A stretch of DNA of 64,000 nucleotides from Vitrella brassicaformis CCMP3155. Its lineage: Eukaryota; Protista; Chromerida. A model generated the notes under the pieces. The model searched no databases and had not been told where the DNA came from. It was given only the letters and a program-made list of their open reading frames with translations. Positions 12,437 to 23,613 of the stretch are shown piece after piece. The stretch spans positions 74,543 to 138,542 of the forward strand of contig CDMY01000279.1 of NCBI GenBank assembly GCA_001179505.1, read 5' to 3'. Position numbers and translations under genes: made by a program. Each line of letters begins with the position of its first letter. Position 1 is the stretch's first letter.

Positions 12437-13897
12437 TCAGGACGAGGGGCCAAACGCCTTATCTTCGAGACCATATCGCCTCAGCAGCTGCCGCACGGCA
12501 GCCACGGTGACAGGGAACCGCTCATCGACAGTCACCTCGCCGCCCACCTCCACCTCGGTCGTCCTGATGACGATGCGCCCACGGACGACGGAGACGGCGG
12601 CCACCACAGACGCGCCACCGAGCAGCAAGACCACGATGCCGCTTCGTACTCCCATCATATCTTCCTGCCAATCTTCCTGCCAGTCGATGACGGATATGTC
12701 AGATCCGTCGATCCAAGAAGCTGACAGAGCCCCGTAGCGGGCAGGTCCCCCAATCAACACGTCGACGTCCAGAACTTCAGTCATGCGGGAAGAAACCTCG
12801 TCAAACTGCAGCAGCGTGTCGAGGGCAAACGCGCTGAATGAAGGGTAGACTGGGCGGTGTGACGTGCTGCAGCTGATGGGCGGGTCAGTGGGGCGATATA
12901 TCGGCCGAATAAAAGGCCGCAGCCGCCACAACTCGTCCCCATCGATAACGCGGAGCCGCCGCACGCCGATTTGATACCATTGCACCAGTCTCGTCCGTCG
13001 GTAAATCAAGGAGGCGACAGCCCATCCACGGTGGCAGGCCGCGCTCACAAAAATGGGCTCAAGGCAATAAGCTAACATGCAGAGCAGAAACCAGCCAAGT
13101 CCGCGCCACTCAGCATCCTGGGCTTTGGCGACGAGGAAGTAATACAAAGCCAACGGGATGCCCACGACACCACAGCCGCACACCAGCAGATAGATGTTTT
13201 CGAGTGCCCGAGGCGGGACGCGGCCCAGCAGGTTGGCCGGCAGGACCCACAAGTCTGTATCCTCCTGGTCGCCCTCGGTCAGCTGCAGGGGTGGGCTGAT
13301 GCTTTGAAGCCCACACCCCACCAGACCGCCAAATATCTTGTAGACGGTCATGGCAGCAGGCAGCCGATGCAAAGTCGCCATGTCGGGCACGTGAGCCGCC
13401 ACACTCTCGGCCGACAGCAGCACAGGCAGCTGGCCAGCCACACCGCAGGCACCTGCCACCCTGATAAATGTGGCCATATGGCGCCACTCGGCCGCCCGCT
13501 CGATGACGTAGGCACACCGAGCGAGATACCCAAATCGCGAGAGGGATGACGGGAGGGGAGGGGCCGAGGGGTCAACGCCGCGGTCCCTCTCCACATCGAG
13601 GAGGCCGGGGAGCTGCTGCTGGGCCAGGGAGCTGTTGATGCGACGCAGCAGGAACGCCTCATCGATCAGCTGAGTGCCGTAGGCCTTGCCGACCGCCCGG
13701 GCCCTCAAAGCATCGTCGACAGTGAGAAAGGAAGCGAACACACGGGCCAAGACGTCAGCAGGAAGCCCTTGATGGTCAGCAGTGTCATGAGTCGCGACGA
13801 CCGATAGCAAATGCTGGCTGATGGACGAGGGGTCGCCAACCGCCACTCGTCGGTAAGAATAGCTACGGTGCCGTCGCTTGGGCAGCAGCCAGCTCAT
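12437..13897 (-). CDS. Intronless 486-aa lineage-specific family protein with an F-box-like N-terminal motif and two predicted transmembrane helices
   Basis: Single clean ORF. GLPADVLARVFASFLTVDDALRARAV is F-box-like. Hydrophobic segments IYLLVCGCGVVGIPLALYYFLV and GLGWFLLCMLAYCLEPIFV. The C-terminal IRTTE...ERFPVTVAAVRQLL resembles the end of the 14453 gene. Confidence 0.72.
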   Translation of the reverse strand: MSWLLPKRRHRSYSYRRVAVGDPSSISQHLLSVVATHDTADHQGLPADVLARVFASFLTVDDALRARAVGKAYGTQLIDEAFLLRRINSSLAQQQLPGLLDVERDRGVDPSAPPLPSSLSRFGYLARCAYVIERAAEWRHMATFIRVAGACGVAGQLPVLLSAESVAAHVPDMATLHRLPAAMTVYKIFGGLVGCGLQSISPPLQLTEGDQEDTDLWVLPANLLGRVPPRALENIYLLVCGCGVVGIPLALYYFLVAKAQDAEWRGLGWFLLCMLAYCLEPIFVSAACHRGWAVASLIYRRTRLVQWYQIGVRRLRVIDGDELWRLRPFIRPIYRPTDPPISCSTSHRPVYPSFSAFALDTLLQFDEVSSRMTEVLDVDVLIGGPARYGALSASWIDGSDISVIDWQEDWQEDMMGVRSGIVVLLLGGASVVAAVSVVRGRIVIRTTEVEVGGEVTVDERFPVTVAAVRQLLRRYGLEDKAFGPSS

Positions 13898-14452
13898 CGT
13901 TGTTGCGCCCGATGTGCGTGTGGATCACACCAACACAGGACTGACGTTGAGCCGACGAGCCATCAGGACGGAACTGTGCAGATCTGTCGACACACACACA
14001 CACACACACATATGCATGTCGATGACCGTCGACGCCAAGGTGTACTCTCACTTGTAGAAGATCTGACCTCGGTGTGGGCCGCCCTGCTTGTCAGATGACG
14101 ACGACAGCCTGCAGATCAGATGGACAAACAGGAGGACACGTTGATCAACATGTGGAGTCTGTTGCACATCCATCCCATCACGCATACCGCACCTGACAGA
14201 GGGCGTCCACAGCACAGAGGTAGTCACGGCAGATCTGTGCTCCACTTTGCCGACCTCTTCGTTGATCAATGCCGTTGCCGCCTCACTGTCGCAATCTGGC
14301 AGATGAGATGGCCATATCTGGGCTACTTTCAACGGGAGAACACACTGCGAGCTCAAGCTCGAGCGGCATTCTCCTCGACGACAGAGGCGTGCAGACCCGT
14401 TGAAGCCGCAAAGCAGCACTCCGATCCATAGCTTTCGCTGCTTGGCTGCCCG

Positions 14453-16429
14453 ATGGCTGCCAGTGCCGCCGCCCAGGTGAGAAAAGAGGGAGCTGCAGGC
14501 CAGGCAAATCCCTTCATCATGACGTGAATCACTTGTGCTGTCTGTGTGTGGTTTGTCGTTCGGTTTGGTGCAGATGAGCCCAGTGGTGCGGGCGCAGCTG
14601 CTGCCTCAGGTAGAAGGCTATAGGACGAAGCAGGCTCAGGTATCAGCTGACGTCCAACACACATACCAACTCGTCCATTCCATGCAGCGCCTCCCAAAAC
14701 TCATCGGCTGCTTCGTGTGTGTGTGTGTGTGTGATGTGCAGGTCAACAGCTGCATCGACCAACTCCTGCAGATGCAGACCACAGCTTCGATGACACCACT
14801 GGTGCGGCAGGCTGCCAAGCAGCACACCGACAACCGCAGCACAAAGGCCTCTGTGTCATGTTGCCCTCGTCTTGGTGAGTTATTTGTCAGATGGTGGATA
14901 AGCTGAGTCGTCAATTTGCTGCTGCGTCCGAGATGCTGGCCGAGTTGGCAGAGACCATCAACTCGACCATCGCACTCACAAGACATAGCCGCACACAGGT
15001 CAGTGGGGGAGTGACCACAGGCTGACACAGACGCAAGACCCACACTGATGTTGCGTGCACGGCTTGTGTGTGTTGCGTGTCTTGTGTCGTCAGGCGCGAC
15101 GGTTGCACCTGACTGACATCCCTGCCAACCCCATGAGCGTCGTCACTGAACTGTCTGACCTCACCACCATCGCCCACCTCAAGTCGACAGCCCGCCACTT
15201 CACCAACGCCGTGCGGCCCGTCATCAGCAATATTCGGCTGCCGAAGGCCATCGAGCGGGCGGGGGTGGGCGGTGTGGTGCAGTTCGACGATCAGCTGAGC
15301 GACGGCGACGTGATGAAGGCCATGTGGGTGGTGGAGGAGGGGGGCGAGGGCGGCTGGGGGGAGGTGGCGGATACACTCAGATTCGCTGAGCCTTTCGGCT
15401 GCTGCCAGCTGCCGGTCACTGTGGGTGCTGTAGATCTGCAGACACACGCCACCAAGGCGGTAAGCACGACACACAGAAGAGGCAATGGGTGAGCTGCTGG
15501 ATGTGTGTGTGTGTGTGGCTGCAGGACTACTCGTCGCTGCCCCGTTTCTGTACGCAGTGGATGCTCGTCGGCCGCTGTGTGGCCTTCCGCCGCCCCACTG
15601 GCCAGCAGGACGGCACACTCCAGCTGTTCCGACACAGCAACAACGAGATCCGCGTCATCTGCAACGAGCCCGGCTTCACCATCACCCTCAACCCGCCCCT
15701 CCCCCAGCCCAACCGCCCCGTCCATCCCTTCTCGCAGCACCCCTTCGCCCACCACGCCAAGCCACACGACCCGCCAGTCCGCCACCGCATCGCGTGGGAG
15801 TCTGGTGTGGGCTGGGGGACGGTTGGCGTCAACAACGGGGCCGGCTGGGCATCGGCCAGCTGCATGTTGAAGGGGCTGCTGCTGACTCATCGGGTGTTTG
15901 CCGTGGGCGGCTTCACCTACTCGCCAACGGTGGTGGTAAACCGGTGAGTGGATGGAAGGCACGCAATGAGAGGGCAAATCGCTATGTGGTGCGCTATTGA
16001 CGTGTGTGTCAGGAGTGCATGTGGCGGCCACCTCGGCCGCATCATGATTCGATCGCCACATACGCCCCTCAACGGATGTTCGGACGTGACGACATGGGAG
16101 GCGGCCGATGGGACCTGTGTGCAGCTGCATTTGTTGACGACGTCGAACGACCCGTTTTTCGCATACATTTTCTTCGAGATTCCCCCAGGCAACAACCAGG
16201 ACGGTACGCCTACACATTGACAACACATCCTGATGCTGTCGTGTCGTCGGATCAGCCGCTCCTCTCTTGTCTGCATGCAGTCCACGTCACCATCAATACC
16301 ACCGAGGCGCCAGCAGCAGGTGTCCCCCATGACGCCCCCTTCGCCCATCGGTTCCGCCTGACGGCCGCCAAGGTGCGTCGCGTCCTCGGGCCCATCGCAC
16401 CTATCGTGCTCGACGGCCAGGCGCCATGA
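14453..16429 (+). CDS. Multi-exon lineage-specific family hypothetical protein
   Basis: About eight exons joined by GT-AG introns from MAASAAAQ to ...VTINTTEAPAAG...HRFRLTAAKVRRVLGPIAPIVLDGQAP*. It includes LTDIPANPMSVVTELSD...RLPKAIERAGVGGVVQFD, an F-box-like start followed by a family-specific region. Confidence 0.6.
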
Positions 16430-17345
16430 CCGTGAAGGTGAGAGCCCCGCCGATGATGCAGACATGCATGTGATGTGTATGCACAAGACGCCTGTGTGTT
16501 GGTCTCTGTCCTGCAGGATGGTCGTGTGGCTCGAAGGATGAGCCGCTGGACTGGGCGGCTGACTGGCTGGCGGGCTCTTAGTGGGATGGTCTGTCTGCGA
16601 GTTGGATGCATGTGGTGCAGCCGGCCGAATGGGATGGACTCTTCCGTGCGGCCTGTCGGCTGTGTGTGCAGACAGACAGACAGGTGCACGCGCCGACAAA
16701 AACTGAGATGAAGGGATTCTCTGGTAAACTGGTCTGTCCGTCACGCCCCATGCACACACACCGCCTGTTGTCTGTACCGTCGGATCCACCAATCGACCCA
16801 ATCAATTGACCGAGAATGATATGACCCCACCCATCTTCACAGGCACCGCACCCAGCCACGTCCCCTATGCATAGCTGCCTCCTCGCTCACTCCCTGGCAC
16901 CTGTTCGCCCGTTATGTACCTCTTTATAATAGAGAGAGGATTGAACGTCCACGTGGACGCTCGTGGGCTTAAGCACGTGCGTGTGGCACTGACAAACTTA
17001 TTTCTCTATATCTTTATCCAAATCTCTCTCTCTCTCTCTCTATCCTTCCGTTGTCTATAAATGTGACCCTTCTTCTCATACACATAGACCTCTCTCTGCC
17101 TGCCTGCCTGCCTGCCTGCGTGTGTGCGTGTGCACTTGTGCTGGAGTGACGGGTAGGACAGACTGACGGATAGCGCTGCCGCGTGGCCGATTGATGAATG
17201 AAACGCATAAACAAAGACGACGTGTTCAATCCACCCACTCGACCATGCGACATCAATCGCATCGATCCTCCGTGCAGTTGCCGCATACGAACGAAACACA
17301 CAAGTCCTTGCAGCCCCACGCTCTCATTGACAGCAAGCTGGTCAG

Positions 17346-18541
17346 TCAGCGGAGGCCGATCTCTCTGGCGGCAGACAACGCTCTGAAGGAATTACGTACG
17401 TGACATGCGCATATCGACACACTGTGTGTCTGTGTGTCGATATGCGCTGTGTGTCTGTGTGGTGTATCTACCTTTGTCGAATGGTGGGCGAGTCTGTGAG
17501 GAGCTCCTCCAGCCGCATGCGGTCGCCAAGGCAGAAGTCGTCGGCCCACCGCACCACCTGCAGCGCAGCCAGCCAGCCACAATGTCATGTGCTCACATCC
17601 ATCCATCCATCCATATCTCCCCTCTCTCTTAGCGTGGGTGTCATTTAGGTACCTCTTGCTGCATGAAGCCAGGGTCGTGGTCATAGCCTGTCAGCCAGGA
17701 GCCACACAAGACAGACAGACATGTATACCATCACACGACTGCACTTGCCCCCCCCAGCCACCTGTGTGTGCGTCGTAGTCTGGGTGCAGCCGTCTGATCT
17801 TCGGATGGGCCGACAGGGGGAAACCGCTCCGCTCACGCACACTGAACTCGTGCTGCAACACACAATACAATACACCCAGTACAATACACCCAATGGCACA
17901 CACACACGTGTGTGTCATGGTGGCTTGCTGACCTCTGCTGCCAGTGGTTTGAAGAAGCCATCGACGAGAGACGCCGCGACCGAATTGATCGACTTGACAC
18001 ACACAGCCAAAGAGACAGACAGTGTCTGCACTCAGGTGGATGGGGGACTGGTGGGTGGCTGCTGTTGTCACCTCACCGGGTGTGCCCATTGTGGCGGGTA
18101 GTAGTACTTCTCCGACTCGCGTGTCAGTGAGGCGCGGAGGCCCTCCAACAGGTCGGGATGAAGCTGAGGAGGACACCAGAGGCATGTGAGAGTGTGTGCG
18201 TGATGCATGGCCATCCATCTGAATGCGTGTGTGCATACCATGAGTCTGTGCAGTACTCGTGTTTCGAGTGTGAGTGCCTCCGTGAGGCATCGCTCCTCTA
18301 TAGCCTCGTACATCTGGACAAGGGAGTCCTCCTCAGCCGTGGAGGGCAGCCGCCGGCTGATCCTCACCATCCTGATCGACCAAGGCGCCACAGCCACCCC
18401 CACACAAACCATTAAAAGCCCTCTCTCTCTCTCTCTCTCCCTTCTTGCCTTTTCCACTCGTCCGCCATGACGCCTGTTTCGGCCATCAGAGAGTGGCGCA
18501 GCCGCTGCACACGACGGACCAGCTCAAACGTCAGCTGACGC

Positions 18542-18572
<31 letters not shown>

Positions 18573-20760
18573 ACACACATCGCCCCCCGACCCACGATGT
18601 CTGCCTGTGCTCACCTGCATTGCCAGTGGTGAGTTCTCCCTCATCTGTTGGAGTGTGTCCTGCGCCCAGACAGCCACAGTCTTGTCGCTGTAGGCCGTCG
18701 TGGCCAGCCTCTCCAGGTGCCGCTCCACATCAACCAGCTGCACACACGAGCCACACAGAAAACACCCATTATGACACGTACACACATGAATCGTGTGTGT
18801 GTGTGCATGCTTGTGCCGCCCTGCACTGGCCCCCTCGTAGCTGCCTATCTGTGGCTGTCTATGAGAGGGCAAAGCACATCAGGGGGGCTGAGGGTCTGTG
18901 TGGCAGGCTCTTAGTGCGCTCCAGCACACAGGGCAACACGAGGAGCGAGTGGATTCCTGCACTCCTGGCTGGCTGTCTAGCCCTCTGCCTCTCTGGCTGT
19001 GGGTGGTGTGTGGATGCTGACCGAGTCTCTCTGTGCGAGGGCTTTGTTGATCTCCTGCTCCCACCGGGCCAGCTTGAAGCCATCTGCCAGACACACGGAG
19101 AGAGAGAGAGAGGCGGTGAGATGGTGCTGGTCTGCCGCTGTGTTTGAGTATTGCACCTACCTGTTCTCTGGTCGTGTGGCGATGTGGGGTTGATGAAGTG
19201 CTCCTCCAGCAAGTGGGCGGCGTCACGCTCAGAGACCTCCAGCTGCTTCTGATGAATGACACCAAAGATGGACACAGGGACACATACAGACAGACAGCCC
19301 TGCAAAGCAAAGGCCGCGTCCCCCTCCCTTTCTCTCTTTCACCTCGGATGTGATCTCGAGCAGCGGCAGTGCCTCAGGCGACATCCAATGGCGGGCGAGG
19401 CCACCGTGGCTGATCGATACGCACGCGCATTCACAGACAGACAGACAGACAGACAAGCAAGAAGGTGTGGCCCACACCGCCGCCCCCCTACATGAGGTCG
19501 GTGCCTCTGAGCGTCTCCCCCGCAAGCGCCACATAGAGCCCCAGGCCACTGCTCATCCTCGACAGCACATAAGACAACCCACACGTGGGAATGAAGCCCC
19601 AGCCTGACAAACACGACACGGCCGTGTGCAGGCGGGACGCATTTGGTTGTCTGTGTATGTGCGTGGTCACTTGCGGTGTCGGTCTTGAATGTCGAGTGGT
19701 GGTATGCGCAGCTGCGGTTGGCCAGCAGCGGCCACGAGGCGCCTGCGTCCTCTGTGAGCGACACACACATCATAGAACACCACAGGGAGGCAGGCAGGTG
19801 TAATGGTATTGTGTTGTGTTTGCGCATCTGTACCAGCGTATCCGTTGAGGAGGAACAGGAGTGGCTTGTAGTACGTTGCCACCATGTAGCTCACTTCCTG
19901 GGAGTTGCGTATCCACGCCGCAGCGCTGGGCAGCACCTCACCCTCCACCACACACGACTCGGCCAACAGCAGCAACACTGCAGGGACAACAGACCGCCAT
20001 GCCCTCTGCCCTCCCCCAACAAGCCACGCTTACTTTTCTTGTCGATCCCGAGTGAGAAATACGGCCTCGTCAGGCGAACGCTGGTGGGCTCCCCGGTGTC
20101 CCAGTCAGTGCCCATGTCGCCGCCCTCCCCAATGAGGGATGCATCTGGTGGCCGCACGTAGCCGTCATGCAGCGAGTGGATGGGGGGGACGGGGGAGGAC
20201 TGGTCGGTGACGCTTCTGTGCTGGGTGGTGGAGGTGACGGCCACGAAGCGCTTCAGTGAGTGGACCTGCAGCGGGCAGAAGACAGAGAGAGGAAAGGAAA
20301 GATTGATGGATGGATGGATGCTCTGTGGATGTGATGACTGCACGAGCTCTACGTCCTTGTTGCGTTGCGGACCTCAAGATCTCTCATCTTTCTGTAGAGC
20401 ATGTTGACGCTGCGCAGGTCCCAAGTGTCACTGACCCACAAGGAACGCATCGACGCAAGAGGACCGACCCATCGATCATGTGCTCCTATCCTCCCTCACG
20501 TGTTGATGAGCAGCATGCCCATGCCCACGTTGTTCCGTTCCAGCACTGGTGCCCTCATGGTCCCGTCGTCGGCATGCTGATACTCGTCAACCGAACGAGC
20601 AAACTGAATGAACAACAGAGGCAAACAATGCACAGACACACAGCGATGCTGTCGCTTTCTGGCTGACCAGAGGGTCTTCGGGGTCCACAAAGTGATCATC
20701 TTGACGGAAGAACCCGGTGCGGACCCACCGAACGGCGCCACTGCCAGCCATGCGCCTCAT
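17346..20760 (-). CDS. Divergent 3-hydroxyisobutyryl-CoA hydrolase-like (ECH_2/crotonase fold) protein, probably mitochondrial and probably non-catalytic
   Basis: About 17 exons. Matches to HIBCH: VLERNNVGMGMLLINT, YMVATYYKPLLFLLNG, WGFIPTCGLSYVLSRMSSGLGLYVALAGETLRGTDL, GGLARHWM, WAQDTLQQMRENSPLAMQ, CLTEALTLETRVLHRLM, PDLLEGLRASL and FFKPL. Arg-rich N-terminus MRRMAGSGAVRWVRTGFFR. Confidence 0.8.
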
Positions 20761-20952
20761 ACCACTCAGGGCGCTGCCAGCAGAGGGAAGGAAAAATGGG
20801 GGATCTGATGGTCGCGGCACGCTTGGCTGCCGCAGCGACGCAATGGCTGTCCTCGCAGGCCTCATAGAGCTGGCCATAGAAAACCTCCCAAAGCCGCCTC
20901 GGATGATGAGCTTCTTTTTGGAAGATCTGTCTACTGCAGCTCCCTGCTCAGC

Positions 20953-20962
20953 TTAGCTCGCA
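20953..20962 (-). promoter_or_regulatory. Candidate promoter motif TGCGAGCTAA in the divergent spacer 20760/21068
   Basis: + strand reads TTAGCTCGCA. Confidence 0.45.
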
Positions 20963-21067
20963 GATTTTAAACGGCCGAACCGTTTGCCGAGAAGCCAGCG
21001 TCCCACGACAAACGTGCTCTTCACTCCCTGTGCTCTGCTGCTTTTTCCGGAGGGCGACGACAGAAGA

Positions 21068-23082
21068 ATGAGTAGTGCAGAACATCGGCCACTGAGACGG
21101 CCGCCTCCTTCGAGAATGTCGCAGCAGCCTCCATCACGACAACCACTGCGCCAAAGTCGGAACACGTCAGGGCCGCAGGCTGCTGCATCTGATGGGCATA
21201 GGGCAGTCTCACAGCCGCCGAGGCAGCCGCCCCGTGGCCAGAAGGGCCAAAAGGGAGACGGCGAGAAAGACTGCAAGGGAGTCGGAGGTCCGTCCCAGGG
21301 TCCGTTGGTGTCAAGGGGCCGCACATTGACGAGGAACGTGTCTTCAATGGTGGCCGGGTCGACCAAAAGCACTCGGATTCCGTCTGACGCCAGTCACGAC
21401 GCCGCTGAGGTGACAGTGGGGGAGATACTTCAACAGGTCAGTGAGTGAATGGACACCGAACAAGGCAGAAATGATGCACTTTTTGAATGCATCCGTGTGT
21501 TGTCGACAAGCAGCTGGCTGGGCTTCGCTGTCAAGTGCGCCAGTTGGCCAAGAGCATCCCATCCCAACGGAGCCTCACTTTGCCCTCTCGCGACCACACG
21601 CCTCCTACAGCCCCAGCACCCAAGAGAGAGCCCCCCAAGGCCACAGCAGCCTTGCGAACTCAGCGCCGTATCTCTCTCGTGGAAAGGAAGCCCGAGCCGT
21701 CCTTGTCAATGTCTGCCTTGACCATTCCAATTCGGTGTCGTCCACGGACGACGCCGTCATATCCGCGCTGGCAATCCTTCGAGGACCTGCCGCCTGTGTG
21801 CATCGCAGCCATACAAGGCAGGAGGGCCGCCACGCAGGAGTCACTGTGGGATTTTCGAGCACATGCAGGACGACATCTCTCTTTTTCGGCCGGCTCTGCC
21901 AGAGACCAGAGCCGCAGAAGGGCAAGAGCTGGTCGTCGCCGCGATTGCGTGTCTCCCTCTCCGCCTCAGCATTGTGCCACGAGGATGGCAAGGCGGCTGC
22001 TGAGTGCCGGTGTGTCCGTCAATCGGCTCTATGAGGACCCTATGGCCGTCAGTGCGGCTCTACATCGTGCCCCCACGCAAACCAGCCTGAGAAGAAGCAG
22101 TGGCAGACGGAGGGAGAGCCGCCGAGCGATGGACGGCAATCAAGATCTTGTTCGCCCTGCACCTCCGGCTGTTGTCTACCACGTCATGCCGGAATGGATC
22201 CCACCGCCCCCAGGAGCAGCAGCAGCAGCACCAGAGGCGGCCGCCTACTGGACTCCACAAGGCTGCTACGCCCCTGTGTGGCCTTCCCTCACTCCACCAA
22301 GTCGGTATGACTCGCTGTTCGACGACTACAGACGAACGGCGGAAACTGAAGAGCAGCAGCAGCAGCAGCACCACCAGCTGCAGCGCCCTGCGGTTTCCTG
22401 GAACAACATCCCCACCTTCGAATCTTGTCAGAAGGAGGCTCACGGTCTCACTCCACCAGCACGTGCCTCACCAAGCGCCCTAGGCGATTGCCTACACGAG
22501 CAGCAGCAGCAGCCGCACCACCACCGCAGCACGAGGGCAGGACAGCCAACGAGACACGAAGAACCAGCAATCGATGCGCGCCAGGCGCTAGGAGAAGAGG
22601 CACTACCCGCCGGGAGAGACACTGCCGGCACTTCAGCAGCGGTGGAGGTTCCCTGCGATGATTGGCCTGCAGAGGGAGGGCGGCTGGCGTGTGAGGCGTC
22701 TGAGGGTCTTGCTTGTCGCGCGACAGGGCGGTTGTCGGCCTCTGCTGTGGCTGCGAGGGCTCGGCGGGCCAGGCCCCTGGCGCGAGTGACGAGAAAACTC
22801 TACCAAAAGGTGCAGATGCGATCGACGAGGCTGCCATACTTTTGTTTGTCTGCCTCCATGCCATCGGTCGTCCTTCTATATATGTCTGTGTTTGTGTGTC
22901 AGCATCTATGTGTGGGCTTCACTCGTCTGACCACCCTGCGGTTCGCGTCGTCGTTGCCCTTCGTCCGGGGAGATCGGGGGCTGGACATCAAATCCAACAG
23001 GACCGCAGAGACACCAGCTAAAGAGTCCAATTTCGACCGCTGGCGGAGAAAAATCAGTACGGGGGTGAGGCGAGGCGCGTGA
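21068..23082 (+). CDS. Low-complexity hypothetical protein (probably 3 exons)
   Basis: ORFs 20984-21448 and 21487-23082 can be joined by an intron at ~21437-21510, with a possible second intron at ~22811-22903. Q/A-rich; one ankyrin-like fragment (RRLLSAGVSVN). No recognisable domain. Confidence 0.45.
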
Positions 23083-23613
23083 AAGAGAGAGGCACGACAT
23101 GGACTTATCCTCCTGGTACACGTCCATGGGCGTCTTCGTGTGTGTATGGAACTCCTGAAGACATTTCTGCCTTGAATAATGCATAGTCACACCGGTACTT
23201 CACACGCCGTAGAAAGAACACTTGTGTTGATGGCTCGACGTAAAATGTAGGCAGTGGTGAATACAGCATATGACCGCAGGCGGACGGCCACACACAACGC
23301 ACAGGTGTGAGTAACGAGATAGATTCTCTGTCTCCCCGATATCGCGTTTATGTCGACCGTCTTGTCTATCACATACGTAAGGTAAGGCTGCTGCACCCGA
23401 GCCCTGCACCACATCAATTGAATCACGGGTCTCTACCGGCACGATGCAGCCATAATGTTACCATACTGCAGGTGGTACGCCTGTCTGTCTCCCTGTCTGT
23501 CTGCCTGTCTGTATGCGATACACAGCTGGCTGGCTCGACGTGCAGACAGCACAAGCAAGCCACCACAGGTGGGCAAGGCCGGCATCTCATTCACTCATTC
23601 ACTCATTCATTCA

